DNA of 63,483 bases, filler included, from Octopus bimaculoides (lineage: Eukaryota), in assembly GCF_001194135.2 (NCBI RefSeq). It is 6 parts of 5 records of this genome, joined end to end, with 100 filler letters (N's around TTAATTAATTAA, not from the genome) between each part and the next. Parts side by side here need not be neighbours in the genome. Positions count along the whole stretch, not along the records: positions 1 to 21,401 come from NC_068981.1; 5 more parts are not named here. The stretch is one strand, 5' to 3'. Of the stretch, positions 1 through 14,109 are shown one piece after another. The notes beneath the pieces were generated by a model that saw only the letters and a list, made by a program, of their open reading frames with translations, searched no databases and was not told the DNA's origin. A program made the translations under genes and the position numbers. Each line of letters begins with the position of its first letter. The first letter of the stretch is position 1.

Positions 1-519
1 TAATTCTTGGGCTGAGAAATCAACACTTAAAAGCCATAATTTTAAGGAGCGATAAGAATTTTTGAATAAAGGAAAATGGGTAGTGGTGGTGGGTAGGTAC
101 CGCCAGCGAGTAGAGAGGGCTCTTAATTGTAGATTTTAAATATTTGAGAGACAACAATGCATAAATCGTAATTTTTTAAAAGAGCAATGAATTCTGGGTG
201 ATTAGAATATAACGTAGCATGAATTTAGGAAGCTTAGAAAATGAATAAGCATGAATTTAAGACAACAACTGAATTCAATTGAATTTCATGGAGAGAAACA
301 ATTAATATATATCCTTTACTCTAATTCAGCAAACTGTTCAAAATTCTGTTGACCAGATTACAAGATAGAATTAGACAGTGTAGTCTTGAGAAAGTTGGCG
401 ACTAAGTTTAACAGATAATTAAAAAGTTTCTAAAACAGATAGTGTAGCCTGATAACTCATCAAATTAACTTAAGAAAGGGACTACTTTAAACAGAAGGTA
501 GTGTAGGTATAAGTAAATT

Positions 520-790
520 ACTTAAAGAACCATAGAGTTGCTGAATTAGCCTAGATGGAGTTAGACTTTGTGCTAGGGAGTTCTACTTCTGATGCCATCC
601 TCCTAATGAGACATTGGCAGGAGAACTTAGAAATATGCTTAGCTTTCATTGCCCAGGAGAAGGCCATTGAGAGGGTTTCATACGCTGTAGTCTGATGGTC
701 ATTATGGAAAGTAGGAGAAGATGGATGGCATGTGAGAACTGTTCAAACCATGTAGAGAATTACATTCAGGAAGGTGAGAGTCTACAAGCT
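520..790 (+). mobile_element. Decayed RTE-clade LINE reverse-transcriptase fragment
   Basis: Manual translation MELDFVLGSSTSDAILLMRHWQE...LAFIAQEKAIERVSYAVV*WSLWKVGEDGWHVRTVQTM*R resembles the RTE RT stretch QFGFxPGRSTTDAIF...AFVDLEKAFDRVP...WWSLRK. It has internal stops. Confidence 0.75.
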
Positions 791-1964
791 TTTTCTGGGG
801 GTGATAAAATAAGTACCAGTCAAGATAATTGGCTCTTCCTCACTCATGAACTGCAGGCCTTGCACCCATGTTAGAAAATTACTACTACTGCTACTGCTAC
901 TACTACTACTACTACTACTAAAAGTATGACTGTTCAAATTGTATCTTATTTTTATAAACAGGTATAAATTGTCAGCAGTAAAATCCAACACAAAAGAGTA
1001 TTTAGATGTTCTTGTTCAAACAAAGCATTAAAAAAAAATAATGGAAATCTATAGGATTAAACAAAGATGAGTCAATAATGGGTATAAAAAGAAGTTAGCA
1101 GACCAAGTTATAGAAAAATATAGAAACAAATTCAACACTGTAAATACAACAGACACTACATCTAGTAAAACAAACACATCACATATAAAATGTATTACAT
1201 AAACTAAAAGCACTCAGGCTATAGAATAAATGAACAAGTTATTAAAAACTCAAAGCAAAATACATCCTGCACTACACGTATTCATAAACTAACTAAATAA
1301 TATATTACAAAGTACATAAATAATATATTACAAAGAAGACTTAAATATAAAAAAAAGGCTCTTCTCATTAACAACAAACAACAAGCCTGCAGGCTGATGA
1401 ATAAAATTCAATGTTTTCAGAAAATCTGAATGCAAGCAGGAAAGTTGTGAACTTCATGCGTAAATATTACATTGGTCATACAAGTACAACCCTTTCTTGT
1501 TGGTTTACAATGCATTACAACAAGAAGCTATTGTAATGCACTAACTCACACAACAAAACTGGGCCAATGTATGAACCCTTATATGATCACATAACTTGTT
1601 AGAAGTAACAACCAAATCAGCCTTCAAATCACACCTTACTGTCTTAAATAAGGATACAATATATATCACTTAATATATACCTATATAGCCTTAAAAAGCA
1701 AGATGGTAACAGATGGAATGCCTTTCATCAGCAGTCTACTTCATTATGACTGAAATGGCATTAAACATAAATAGTAATCAAACTCAGACTAAAAAGGAAA
1801 AAATAATGATACAATCAGCCTCTACAGAATGGGTTCAGAACTAGAAGATTAATAGTGAAATCTATATTAACAGCTCAGTACAATGTAAATATTAGCATAC
1901 AGATAAAAAAAATAACAAGGACTAGATCAGGAAAACTGAATAAAAAAAAGGATAAAGATGCTTC

Positions 1965-2207
1965 CCATGTCATACAGACTCATGGGGCTGGTTTTCTGGA
2001 TTCTCTAGTATATGCACTACCCACTGGATGAGATACCTGTCTGTTGCAGGACTACTCACTTTTGCCATCTGAATGAACAAGAGCAATGTGAATCAAAGTA
2101 TTCTGCTCAATGTAAATTGAAGTACTCTGCATCACCCAGTCCAGGAATCAAAACCACAATTTTACAGTCATGAGTGCAACCCCTAAATACTGAACCACAT
2201 GCTTCCA
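1965..2207 (-). mobile_element. Diverged tRNA-derived SINE with CORE-like block
   Basis: gagcaatgtgaatcaaagtattctgctcaa...ggaatcaaaacc...gagtgcaacccctaa. The same blocks recur at 9408-9520 and 61690-61770. Confidence 0.55.
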
Positions 2208-2797
2208 GTGGTGGTGCATAGCTTAATGGCTAACAGTCAAAATGCTAACGGCTACATGTTAAAACCTAAAGGTTGTGTATTTCCATCATTCAATGATAGT
2301 CAGATGCACAATTAAATAAAAACATTCTCCTGAATTTATGTGTAAGAAACCGAGCATTCTTCAAATATATGTACCCTCAACATAATTCTCAAGCAGACTC
2401 ATTGTGACAAAGCTGTATCTTTTGAATTGCCACTACAACTGGCCTGAAAAATTTCTATACAGTTTTCTCTACCCAGTATTGCTTATAAGTCAACAAGTGG
2501 CTGTAGAAAATGACATTTGCTGAAGATGCCATGATTGGAGTCAAATATAGCATTTGACTGTATTCTGCCTACAAACCCAAGATATAATGACTTCATTAAA
2601 TAAATTTTAATTCCATAATTCCTACCTCTAAGAACAAATGAGAAAGCTTGAAAGAAAACCATTTAATCCTGAATGTGAGTCAGATGCTGATGGAAATCAG
2701 AACATTAATGTCCAAGATAAACTGAAGAATTAACAAAAAATAGTAAAAATCCTTTTTAACATATGTAGTTAATAATACTTGTTTAAATGAAAAGCTG

Positions 2798-2845
<48 letters not shown>

Positions 2846-5489
2846 TTACATATAATTGTGTGAGTGTGTGCAAAATGTTCTTAATGTTTTGTAATAAGTA
2901 CAAGCAAGCATGTATGATTAGAACTTAAACCCACTGAGCATGCAAATTGTATAAGATGAAGAGGGGATTTACTAGCTGTATATTATAAATGTAGTTTATT
3001 TATGCACTGATTTTACATAATTAAGCACATTTGACAGTAGATTGCTAATTTTGCATTGTGAGTATGCATATACAAAAAGAACTGAACAATTTGTATTGAA
3101 TAAAGACAATAAAATTACTTATTCATTCCTGCTAAAAATAATCAAATTAATGTTGAAATTAATGAAAGTTTTTAACAAATACATATATAAAGTTTATTCT
3201 TAATTTCATCAAATGTAAAATGCATTATTTAGCTTTGGAAGAAACAACAGATGAAAGGAAGAATCTGAAGAATAGGAAAAAGAAATAAGAAACAACCAAA
3301 CAGAAATGCATCCACTCGTGTCATGAAACAGGGAAATAAAACTTAATTAATAAGAAAATAAAAAGAAACAAAAGACAAACCAAGCTTTAATTTGTGAACA
3401 AATTTTAAACCATTTCTATCATTAAAGTTATAATTTCTTCATTAGATTGTTTGAAGGTTTAATTAGCAATATTGTTTTGAGCATGGCTGAAATTACTAAA
3501 TATTATGTACAGAATTCAAGCAGATTTTATGATGAAACAATTCTTTGTCCAATTTTCACAAAATGTCTTGTAGAAAACATTTTATCTCCATGTGATTTGT
3601 ATAAAAATTAATGGTATTCAAGCCAACAACAGTTTAATAGTTGTTCCTATAATTTTGTTATGTATTTTACTTTCCTTATACCTTGCTCTCTATGAAGAAA
3701 ATGAGCAAATAACTGATAGACAATTATAATGAGATGCATGTATGTTCTCTTTTCAATCGAATTAATTTATATTTCAGGTGTTTAATGAATGCAGGAAATA
3801 AAAATACATCTACATATCATCTGGAGCAGAAAATATGTACTTTTGTGAAGCAGACTAATGAAGTGAATTTTTATGACATGTGTTGATTTCTATTAAATGT
3901 CCTTTACCATCAAACAGTATAGGAACGAATTAAGCTAAAACTATTTCAATATGCTGCCACATTGCCAGACTCCTTTGACCTATTAAAAAAATCCCTTCCC
4001 ATTAGGTTAGATTTTATTACTAGCTTGTGACACTAAATGGAAACATATACTTGATTGGAACTTGAAAAATTAATCACTTATTCATCCATATTTGTATCCA
4101 GGGGCAGTTGTCCATGATAAAGAATTCTTAAAAGCACAAAATCTCAAAAGAAAAACAGAGTAGTTAAAATAAAAAATAGTATAGCCTTTTTACAATAACA
4201 TTGCTACAGGTTCTGGCAACCCATGCCCACTTGTATGGACATATCATGTAACCAGACAACTAGCATAGTTTCAAAAATTCTATGTACTATCAGTGGATAT
4301 ATCCATGAAAACAGGTCAAGGTAGACATGCAAAAATGTGGAGAAGTCCAATTTTAGTGTTCTGGATTTCATATAAAAACTAGCAGCTGCTTGATAGTGAA
4401 AGTAATTTGTTATACTGTAGATCCTTTTAACACAAGTCAGTCAGGGAAAATGGATATTAAAAAATGGCTGAAGATCATGAGATATTAGGAATTTATATTC
4501 TGTATATACAATTTTATTTATCAGAAAAGCTGTGCATGGTTAATTTATATTTATATCATGCATTGATAAAAATAATTTCATTAGCCATATGGTTCCAATG
4601 GGATAATCTCTAGTTCAAAGTATATTTCATTAAGGTTCAATATTTTCATAAGTTATTTCTCTTTATTATATGGAAGTAGAACTAATTTTTGTGATGTAAT
4701 TAATCTGATTGCTTTCAGTAATATCACATTGTAGCAGACATTAATATCTGTAATGTCATACAGTAGCAGACATTTAGTATTTGTGTTATCATTCAGTAGT
4801 CTTGCTTCTGATACTATTTCACTGAAAAATAACTGGTTATGGAAACATTCAATATTATAGCTAACACTTTTCTCTCACACATTACCATTGCATGCGAAAT
4901 AAGTTTCTCAATACTACCAAGTGGCAAACTCAATTATTCTCACAAGTAATTAGGAGACTTATCCATTTGATAAAATAAGTACCAGACTAAAATAAATGCT
5001 GGGTAGATATGATTGGCTAAAACCGTTTGAAGATGGTGCCCAACATAACTGCACTTCAATGACTGAAGCTAGGAAAAGAATAATCATAATTAGACATCAT
5101 AATTAAACAGATATTGGAATTTTGTTACTTTGTTTTATCTGCTGCTTTTTATGTTCACTTAGGATTTTGTTAACTTAGATATATGAATACAAACATATTA
5201 AAAATGAACTGGGAAATTAAGCCATTTTCTATTTTAGCTCTGTTTCATATATATTTCATTACAAGATTTTACATTTGAGTGAATGTGAGACATTTTTACT
5301 ACTAGATGTCCTCAAGAATAAGCTTAGGATTATATCTTAGTCTAAAAGACTGGAATAAAATATTTGTAATTTACTTATCCATAACATTTAATATTCATGG
5401 AATTGTCCCAGAATAGAGTAACATAGCTATCTAGATTATTTATTGCTTTATAAATTTCAATCAGATATCAATGTTATTCCTTTGTTATT

Positions 5490-5778
5490 TTATTCTTTTA
5501 CTTGTTTCAGATTATTGCTCTGTGGCCAAGCTGGAACACCACCTAGACGAGTTTAGTTGATCAAATTGTCTCCAATCCTCATTTTTTAAAGTTTGGTACA
5601 CACACATACACACACACGCACACACACACAGAGTTTTTATCTAACAAATTCATTCACAAGGCATTGGTCAGGCTAGTACTATAAAAGAAGATACTTGCTC
5701 AAGGTGCCATGCAATGGAACTGAACCCAACGCCATGTGATTGCAAAGTGAACTACTCAAATGCACAGCCATTCCTGCA
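5490..5778 (-). mobile_element. Diverged SINE family A copy
   Basis: cttttacttgtttcag tail and cttgctcaaggtgcc...ggaactgaaccc head match the better-preserved copy at 59785-60176. Confidence 0.7.
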
Positions 5779-7307
5779 ATGAGATGAAGTTTCTAAATTT
5801 TGAAGGATGAGTGTAGATGGTTATATCAACTCTATGGTAATTTATGTTATTGACTCATGAAGAATAAAAGGCAAAGTTGACCTCACTGAGATTTGAACTC
5901 AAAATAAAATGGTTCATTACTGAATATTACTCATCATATTGTCTGACACTCTAATGATTCTGATGATCTTGTATCTTTTCTTCCATTTCAGCTCACCTCC
6001 CTATTGAGCAGAAAGATTTTTATGTACGAGCAGTATTTGTAACAGTATAACTTTATTAATATATCCACCTGATGAAATAAACTGAATTAGTTCTCAAAAG
6101 GATTTATTATAAATACTTTTCAATCACTTCAAGTAACAGCTACAACTCTATCAATTTTAATCTGATATCATATTAATGGAATTTAAATGATATTAAAACA
6201 AGATAAACCTAATTTTGTATAAACTTTTCTATGGAAGTATTTCCTTTCTGAAATGTGAATGAGAGAGAGCTACAATAATTCTCGTAATATACATGATAGT
6301 TACTAATGGAAACTTATATTTTCAAAAATATCATTCTCAAACTTTGTAATTGTAACCATCAGATAGTAGATAAGTTGACATTGAAATAGTATTAATAATA
6401 TTTTTTTTCAGTGCATTTTATGTATACCAACCAATCAATTTTGCATATATGTTCTAAAAGGGTTCTATGCTCTGTATTCAGAGAGACACCAATAAATAAA
6501 TAAATAAATAAATAAAATAAATAAATGAATGAATAAAAAAATAAATTAAAAAAATTAAATGAATGGAACTTGGGAATTGTTCAGGCCTTGTACAAGGATA
6601 CTATTAAAGAGTTTGGTTCTGAAATGTATTTTGTGAATGTTTTAATGTAGAACTGGTTATTTACTTGGGGTTATGGCGATATCACTATTATTCTTTATAG
6701 CTCTTCAGACAATGTTGCAGTCAGGATTATTTACCTTTGGAAAATTGTTATGCTTTGAAGATCTGTTTCTCATAAAGCCTTCATTGAAAAGTTAGACTTA
6801 GAATAATAGTTTTCACTTCTCAGATGAAGGAGTTAACTCAGTAAAAACTAAAGTCCGAAGGGAAAATAAAAATGCATAGCATTGTGTATTCAAATTGTAA
6901 ATGGGTTCACAAAAGCTAGAGAAGGATCACTAGTAGTATTTTAAATGAACTATGTATTCAGGAATATTTAGCTGGAAGAGCAATCACCAAATACTATCAA
7001 ACTGGTTAGATGATGACTATATGAGAGCTTAATTGCAGTGAAATGATAGTTGATGGAAATATTTAACTTCTTTTAGCCATAAAAGCTCTCCAAATGGCAG
7101 ATGATTTTAACTATATGTAGGGATTTTGTTATCAAAAAGTAATCAGACATAAACATTAATTTAGAAAGATCTACGAAAAGTGGAGTGACAGGGGGAATAA
7201 GTAAGCACTATGTTGCAGCACTAGTGTTGCAACATTAAATCAATGATAGACAATAGGGAGAGAAAATGAGAATTGTATAATACCATGTTCTCTACTTAAT
7301 TCTATTA

Positions 7308-8170
7308 TACAAGGTGGTATCAAACAGTTTGCAGACTAATTATGTTTCATAAAAAAAACCTATTTACCCATATTTTAATATTATCTCCTTCGAAATAGTT
7401 ACTTTGCACAGCAATACATTGGTCCCAGCATTACAGCCACTTTTGACATCTGGCCTGGAAGTTGCTTTCTGTATATGAGTCAAGGACCTTTTACGACTCC
7501 CACTGGAACTCGACAATGGTGTTAAAATGGTGATCTTGGGTAAGAGATGGAAGTCCACAGGTGCTAAATCTGGTGAATAGGGTGGGTGCAGAAGCGACAC
7601 CATGTTGTCTTTGTTGAGAAACTCACCAGTGAGGAGATCTCAGTGACAGAGTGCATTGTCATCATGAAGAATCCAACAGTTTGCACTCTACAGATCACTT
7701 AATGTCCTCCCTCAATCACTTCAAAATGTAGCAGCAGAACTCTTGATTGATGGTCTGGCCCTGAGGGATGAATTTTTGATGCATAATACCGCAGGTGTCA
7801 AGAAAATCAATGAACATGTATTTGATTGAGCTGCGACTTTGTCATGTCTTCTCCGATCATGGAGATGAAGGGCCCTTCCATTGTGACGACTGCTGCTTCT
7901 TCTCAGGATGGTATTCAATGACTCTGTAGCAGACTTCCCAAGTTTAATGCAAAATTTCCTGTTTGCTCTTTGTTCCAACTTTCTGTCGACAAAATCACAG
8001 ACTACAGCATTCACAGGATCACAAAAACACAAATTTCACAACTTGTGAAGTAATCACAGTGATGTCACTAAGCACACTGCCTCATGAAGGTCACTGCTAG
8101 CGCACACTGCATGCGCAACCATGTACTGATATCTGCAGTAATCTGGGAACATTTTGATACCACCACTTAT
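7308..8170 (-). mobile_element. Decayed, internally deleted mariner (Tc1/mariner) transposon
   Basis: N-terminal EQRANRKFCIKLGKSATE (ORF 7721..8032) and HPPYSPDLAP (ORF 7364..7603). C-terminal WDQCIAVQSNYFEGD in another frame. Imperfect TIRs share ggtggtatcaaa at ~7313 and ~8165. Confidence 0.9.
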
Positions 8171-8438
8171 CTCATAAGACACATGGGCCTAAGTAAGCAA
8201 GATAAATAACAGTATTCATATCAATGTCATGTAAGAATGCCGAGTACTCTTCAAAAATGTGTCTTTTACTGGCTAGGAAAACTATATCTTTAAGAAAAGT
8301 GATGAAATCAGATCATAGAATGTTAAGCCTCACAGATGAATTAACAACTGCTGGAATTAAGAGAGAATATATTTTATGTCAATGCCAGCATGGAAAAATA
8401 TTGTTAAAATAATAATAAAAATGATAATAATAATTATA

Positions 8439-8793
8439 GAGCCGATGGGCTGGGCCCTATACAGATGACACGTAAAATACACCATTTCGAGCGTGGCCAT
8501 TGATCGTTACCAACGTCGCCTCCCTGGCACTTGTGCCTGTGGCACGTGAAAAGACATTCGAGCGAGATCGTTGCCAGTGCAATGGATGTGCAGGTGGCAC
8601 GTAAAACACCCCATTTCGAGCGAGGCCGTTGCCAGTTCCGTGTTGGTGTTAGGAAGGGCATCCAACTGTAGAAACTCTGCCAAATCAGATTGGAGCCTGG
8701 TGTCGCCTCCTGGTCCACCAGTCCTCAGTCAAATCGTCCAACCCATGCTAGCATGGAAAGCGGACGTTAAACGATGATGATGATCATCATCAT
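8439..8793 (+). mobile_element. Repeat with internal tandem subunits and RTE-type 3' tail
   Basis: Three copies of a (g/a)cacgt(a/g)aaa...ttcgagcg subunit, then gttaggaagggcatcc...cccatgctagcatggaaagcggacgttaaacgatgatgat. The tail is near-identical at 36560-36705. Confidence 0.8.
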
Positions 8794-9229
8794 TATTATC
8801 ATGATCTTATAAAATACTCATTTCTGTTTACTCATACTTTGGTTTAGTTTTGATTTTTTGTTCTATTTCTCATAATTTGCTTAGAATTCATTAAAATTAA
8901 GATTTGAATTATTCTTTTATTCATATCATTCAAGTTCAAAGAAAATTCATAGTTATAGCAGATAAGCTAAATCCTAATTAAAATGTCATCAGTCTGAAAG
9001 TCAGATATACACAGGATAGTTCCTGGAAGAGATTGGTATGTTCAGTTTCTGTAACAAGCAAAGAATCTCTCATATGATAGTTGTGAAAAACAGAAGTTGT
9101 TGCTTTGCTTGTAGACAAGTAAATAATAAACAAGGAACTGATGTAATGAAATAAGAGGGAGACAGTAAGAGGTGGTGACCTCATTTGCTTACCTACAGAC
9201 CAATACAACAACACACACACTCACTCTCT

Positions 9230-9520
9230 TCTGGAGGACTCCCCTGTCATAAACGACTGATGAGGATTCTACAACTTCTTGCTGAACGACCTGCACAGAA
9301 GACTTGTTTATAAGGATTAATTGTTTGTGCTGTAAAGTAGCTCACTCGCTCCAACAAACTGACATTACATGTACAGGTGCACATTGTGCCACATGTCAGA
9401 TATCTAAGTGATCGCAGAGCAATGTGTAATGACGTGTTTTACTCAAGAACACAATGTCTGAGAATCAAAACCATAATCTTACAATCATGAGTGCAACACC
9501 CTAACCTCCAGGCCACACAG
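9230..9520 (-). mobile_element. Diverged CORE-like SINE
   Basis: gagcaatgtgtaatgacgtgttttactcaagaacacaa...catgagtgcaacaccctaacc, the same family as 1965-2207. Confidence 0.55.
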
Positions 9521-10939
9521 CTTGACTCTCTTCTCTCTCTTCTGCATTCAGACAAAAAGTAAAACGATCCAGAACATGAGATGCCTCCTTGCCCATGGTA
9601 TGTGAACTATCAAGCTCTTCATTCAACTCTCTTGATCAGTGCCATCTTAAGGTATGGATACAATCAGCCATCACTCTGCTCAAATTGTATTCTATGTTTA
9701 AAGAGTAAGTGAGCCATGTTATTCTTAGATTTTTCACTATAACAATATTTCTTACCACTGATATTTTAAATAAGCACAGGGCATGACAAGTAACTATTTA
9801 TTATTCTAAATGTAAGAATTTTTCAGGAAATTCAAAACAATATGAGAATAAACTATACAAAATATTCAAGAAACTATATGATCACTTTCAACACTTGTTT
9901 ATAGTTTGAAGTGAATTTTTCTCTCCTTGGGTGATTGCATTTCTTACCAATGACACCAAATTTAATTTCAGCTGGAATAACAATTTATAATGACACAATA
10001 GTATCTTCAATCAATTTTCTAATGAACACTTGTATAGATTTCTGAAGAAAAAAAAAACACAGAAGTTAAATTACAATTCAAATCATGGTTGTGTTTGAAG
10101 TGAATATATAGTGTGATGAGCATTACTCGGAAAATCCCTACCAATTTCAACTGTAACTTTGTTTGTTAGAAAGCATTAATCATGGAATCCAGCTATTTCT
10201 TTAAATATAATAACTAAATTACACGCATACAACATTTACATTCAGCATAATGAATGGATCTTTTACATCATCAAATCAATAATCTCTTTACTGCAATACA
10301 ATATAGCTGATATAAATGCAAGTGAGAAATACAAACTTACTTAAAAATAGACCACTGTTCCAGACAACTATTTTGACTGTTTACACAAATTTTCAGTCTA
10401 GAATTACAACTAATAATCACTAGAAACATTTATTCTACCCACATGCATGTGTGTATATGTGTATTTGTATTTAGTTAAGATTATAGAGTATTGTGATGGT
10501 CTTAAAAATTGTATTTATTATTATCTAAGTTGGGTCTCTAAAACAGCAGAAAATAATCTGTCATTTACATTCGAGTCTTTATCACTCTTGGTCTTTGGCT
10601 CCTCCACTTTGTAGTTACAGCTGCAGAAACTGATAAAGATGGAAAATCTTATTTCTGTTAGGTGTAAATTCTCTGAAACAAACATTAGCTCACACAGAAG
10701 AAGACAAGATATATGAAGACATGCATGCTCTCTCTGTTAATCTATCTATCTATCTATCTATCTCGCTTTCTCTCTCTCTCTCCTCGTTTTCCATGACAAG
10801 TGATCAGGTGGTTTACATTAACAACTGGAATGAAATATTATTCATCACACACATAGTATATTAGACACTTGTCTTTTGAAATTTTTCTGAATTTGTTTTC
10901 CCCTTGTACTTAAGTGTGTGTGCATCTGTTCATCTAAAA

Positions 10940-11599
10940 AATCTCAGTTGGAGAATCTTTGGAAAGTCTTACAAATTTTTCCTGCACTTCAAATAGATTG
11001 GATTTGGAGAATCTACTTCAGTTTCTTTTGCCCTTTCTTCAAAATGCCCAAGTATTTCTAGATTTTTGTGTGAATTTGTAGGTACATAGCCTAATGCACT
11101 TATGATGCTAGATACAACTGAGAATACATAGTCAGAGTACAAGAGCTGTAAGCTCTGCATTAATTTGCCATAAATATTCTCCTTCGTTTTGCTGGACTTT
11201 TGATGGCACATTCACATCTGCTGGGTAGCTGACCTCTACAAAAGTACATGACATATATCTCCTGTCCCACACAGAGCAATATCAAATTTGTACTAAATTA
11301 CTGTTTTTATTGGAGTGTTCCACCAGTATTCCTGCCTTTTGTGAATACATGCTGTTTCTGACATATTTTTGATGTATAGGGAAATCAGGGAAATCTTTCC
11401 TGTAGATTGCATTATAAATAGTCTTTGCTATTTACTATATCATACCCCAGGGGCTTGTAGTATCTTGTAAACATTTTAGGGCACCTGCTGATGATGTGGG
11501 GGATATCTTCCACACTGGTACAGCAGAGCCGATATTTTTTAGCACAATGGTGATGCCATTGTCCCTCTTGTTTGTCAGGTGTTTAGTAGCCCTCTCCTG
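10940..11599 (-). mobile_element. 5'-truncated REL-endonuclease non-LTR retrotransposon fragment (R4/NeSL-like), copy 1
   Basis: Across frames: CCHC knuckle RLCCTSVEDIPHIISRCP, then EYWWNTPIKT, VEVSYPADVN, KENIYGKLMQSLQLLY, IISALGYVP and KICKTFQRF. Confidence 0.8.
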
Positions 11600-11628
11600 T
11601 ATGTATGTATGTATGTATGTATGTATGT

Positions 11629-11669
<41 letters not shown>

Positions 11670-12120
11670 ATTCAATCATATTTCAAGATTTCTTGTCAGT
11701 AGAGGGGAGTCAGTTTCTAACCTTGATCCAAAGCTCCTTCTTTGAAATTTCATCAACATCAGCAAGGTATTTGTGTGTGTGTGTGTGCACGTCCATGTGT
11801 GCATATGTATGCAGTATTTGGGGTCAATGCATGTGCAGATTTGTATGTTTTGTTTAATGTATGCATTTTCATGCATATAGCTGCATGTCTAGACATGTGC
11901 ATACGTACTTAAATGGTAAAATTCTTGAAAGTATTACGAATTTTTGCAGTTCCAGTAATGACATGGATCTGTAGTCTTTGAATCAGCTTCCTCCTTTCTG
12001 GCCTTGAGAAGCCTAATTTCTCAAGATTGCTGCTTAGGCAGTTTGTTACATATCCCAATACCCCAAAAACTGAGGCATAAATCTGAACTTGTAATACAGG
12101 TTGAGTAGCTGGTTGTTTTC
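11670..12120 (-). mobile_element. REL LINE 3' fragment, copy 2, with 3' UTR
   Basis: GVLGYVTNCLSSNLEKLGFSRPERRKLIQRLQIHVITGTAKIRNTFKNF (ORF 11909..12193) aligns by eye to copy 1. Confidence 0.75.
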
Positions 12121-12199
12121 TGTCTGTATGTATGTGTGTGTGTGTGTACATGCATGTATGCCTGTATGTATGTATGAATGTATGTATGTGCACATGTAT

Positions 12200-12372
12200 G
12201 ATTCTCTTCAGTCTTAATTGTTCAAATTGTTCCTTTGAAGAAAGAGCTGATTTCTAACAAATATACAAAGCTCCATCGTTAGACTGTCGGTAACAAAAAC
12301 AATGTCACATTTTAAACTTGAAAAAGCCTTGCATAGTTTTACTGTTTCACTTACAGATTGTATCTGAAATGT
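12200..12372 (-). mobile_element. REL LINE extreme 3' fragment, copy 3
   Basis: FQIQSVSETVKLCKAFSSLK (ORF 12214..12462) matches the C-terminal motif of copies 1 and 2. Confidence 0.6.
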
Positions 12373-14109
12373 GCATATGTATGTATGTATGTATGTTCGT
12401 ATGTACGTATGTATGTATTTATATATGTATGAAGGTGTGCAAATATCTATGTATTTATGCATGCAAATATTTATATGTATAATTTTTAATATCTATGTGA
12501 ATCAACAAATAACATCTATAGAGTGTCAAAACTTGCTAAAATGAGGAAGATTTGTGATTTAATACTATAAAGACAATAGATTACAGATTACTACTGATAG
12601 TTAGTTTGCAAGAAAAGGAGTATTAACTACAGAACAGGATTTGCTTAATGTTATATTTCATAGATTAATGGAACTAGCTATCTAAATTAAAACAGGAAAA
12701 ACTTTCCAATATCTTGGAACAAACACTGAAAATTGACCATAAGAGTATCTCCAGCTCAAAAATATAGTTATGTTCAAAATAAATGTTAATGTCTTGAATA
12801 TAAAGTTTGTTATACCACAACGCAACTTATATATTAATAATGATTTGACTGTTGCTCTCTAATCAATAAAAAGACAATAGATTTTTGTATATCAAAATTA
12901 AACATTGTCACAACTGCACATATTGAATAATAGATAGAATACAGATATTCTAGACATAAATCTATTGATGTTTGTCCTACTGATGGCAAGGAATTAATAA
13001 TTACACGTTTCTATCTGGAACTAATCTAGGTGCAAGTAAAGATTTTACAATATCAATTTGTGAAAGCTTGTTATTTTCCTTAGACAGAAATATAAATAAT
13101 AGCACATTTTATTGACAAGGTCATTGAAATTCAGCAGTGAGGTAAATTTCAGTATTAACACATCACCATATCTCACTAGAATCAACACAAGTATTGAAGA
13201 TTTGTAAGCAATGACTGGCTCTGTACAGATCTTCAATACTTTCTCTGACAGAAAGATATATCAGAGGTTGTTGCTGATTTAATGAGCAGAAAGAAATCAT
13301 CTATACTTCTTTTGATCTCAATGAAACACTCACATAGTTTATCACCCAACATGTTATTCTGAAAATAGGATGAAAAAACAATTCAAAGGTCACTGTTATT
13401 GCCTGCTTAGCCATAAACTTAAGGTGAAAACCTTGAGAAAACATGAACAGCAATAGATATTAAGTAGTAAAGATAACAAAACTGAACTCTGAGGTATTCT
13501 ACATCTGAGATCCAAAGAATTGGCTAAAGTTTCTCCAAAGATGATACTTAATCCTTTTCTGAATGGAAAATCAGTGTAACTTCAAGAGACATCAATAGAT
13601 CCATGGAAAAAATCCCTTAAAATGCCATGGCAGGTGGTATTAAAATCAGCAGAGTGATCAATCAATGAAACAATTACTCTGTATAAAATATATCCATTTT
13701 CCATGTTTGTGCGGTGGGATTATTTATCTGTTTCTAGAACTGGGTATCTTTTTTTGCTACTAACCACTCAACCACGATGTAAAGTAGAAAGAAAAACCTA
13801 GCAGAAGTAAAGTTATATTCTTCATTGAAGGTCACATTAAAAAGTGCTGAAGTAGTAATATTTGAACTTATGATCATGTGGTCAGCAATCCAACATTTTA
13901 ACCTCACAGCCATTTAGGAGTCACAATAACAATAATGTTAAGGTGCTAGATATATCAGAGAATATTCTAAATAAAATTCAAAATCCAGGGTCTATATTTG
14001 GAGTTCTCCCCTTATTCTGATGAATATTATAACTCACATAGAATAATGGCTCTACAATAACTTAATATAATATAACTTAATATGTCTTCTATATTCTGCT
14101 TGTTTCAAA

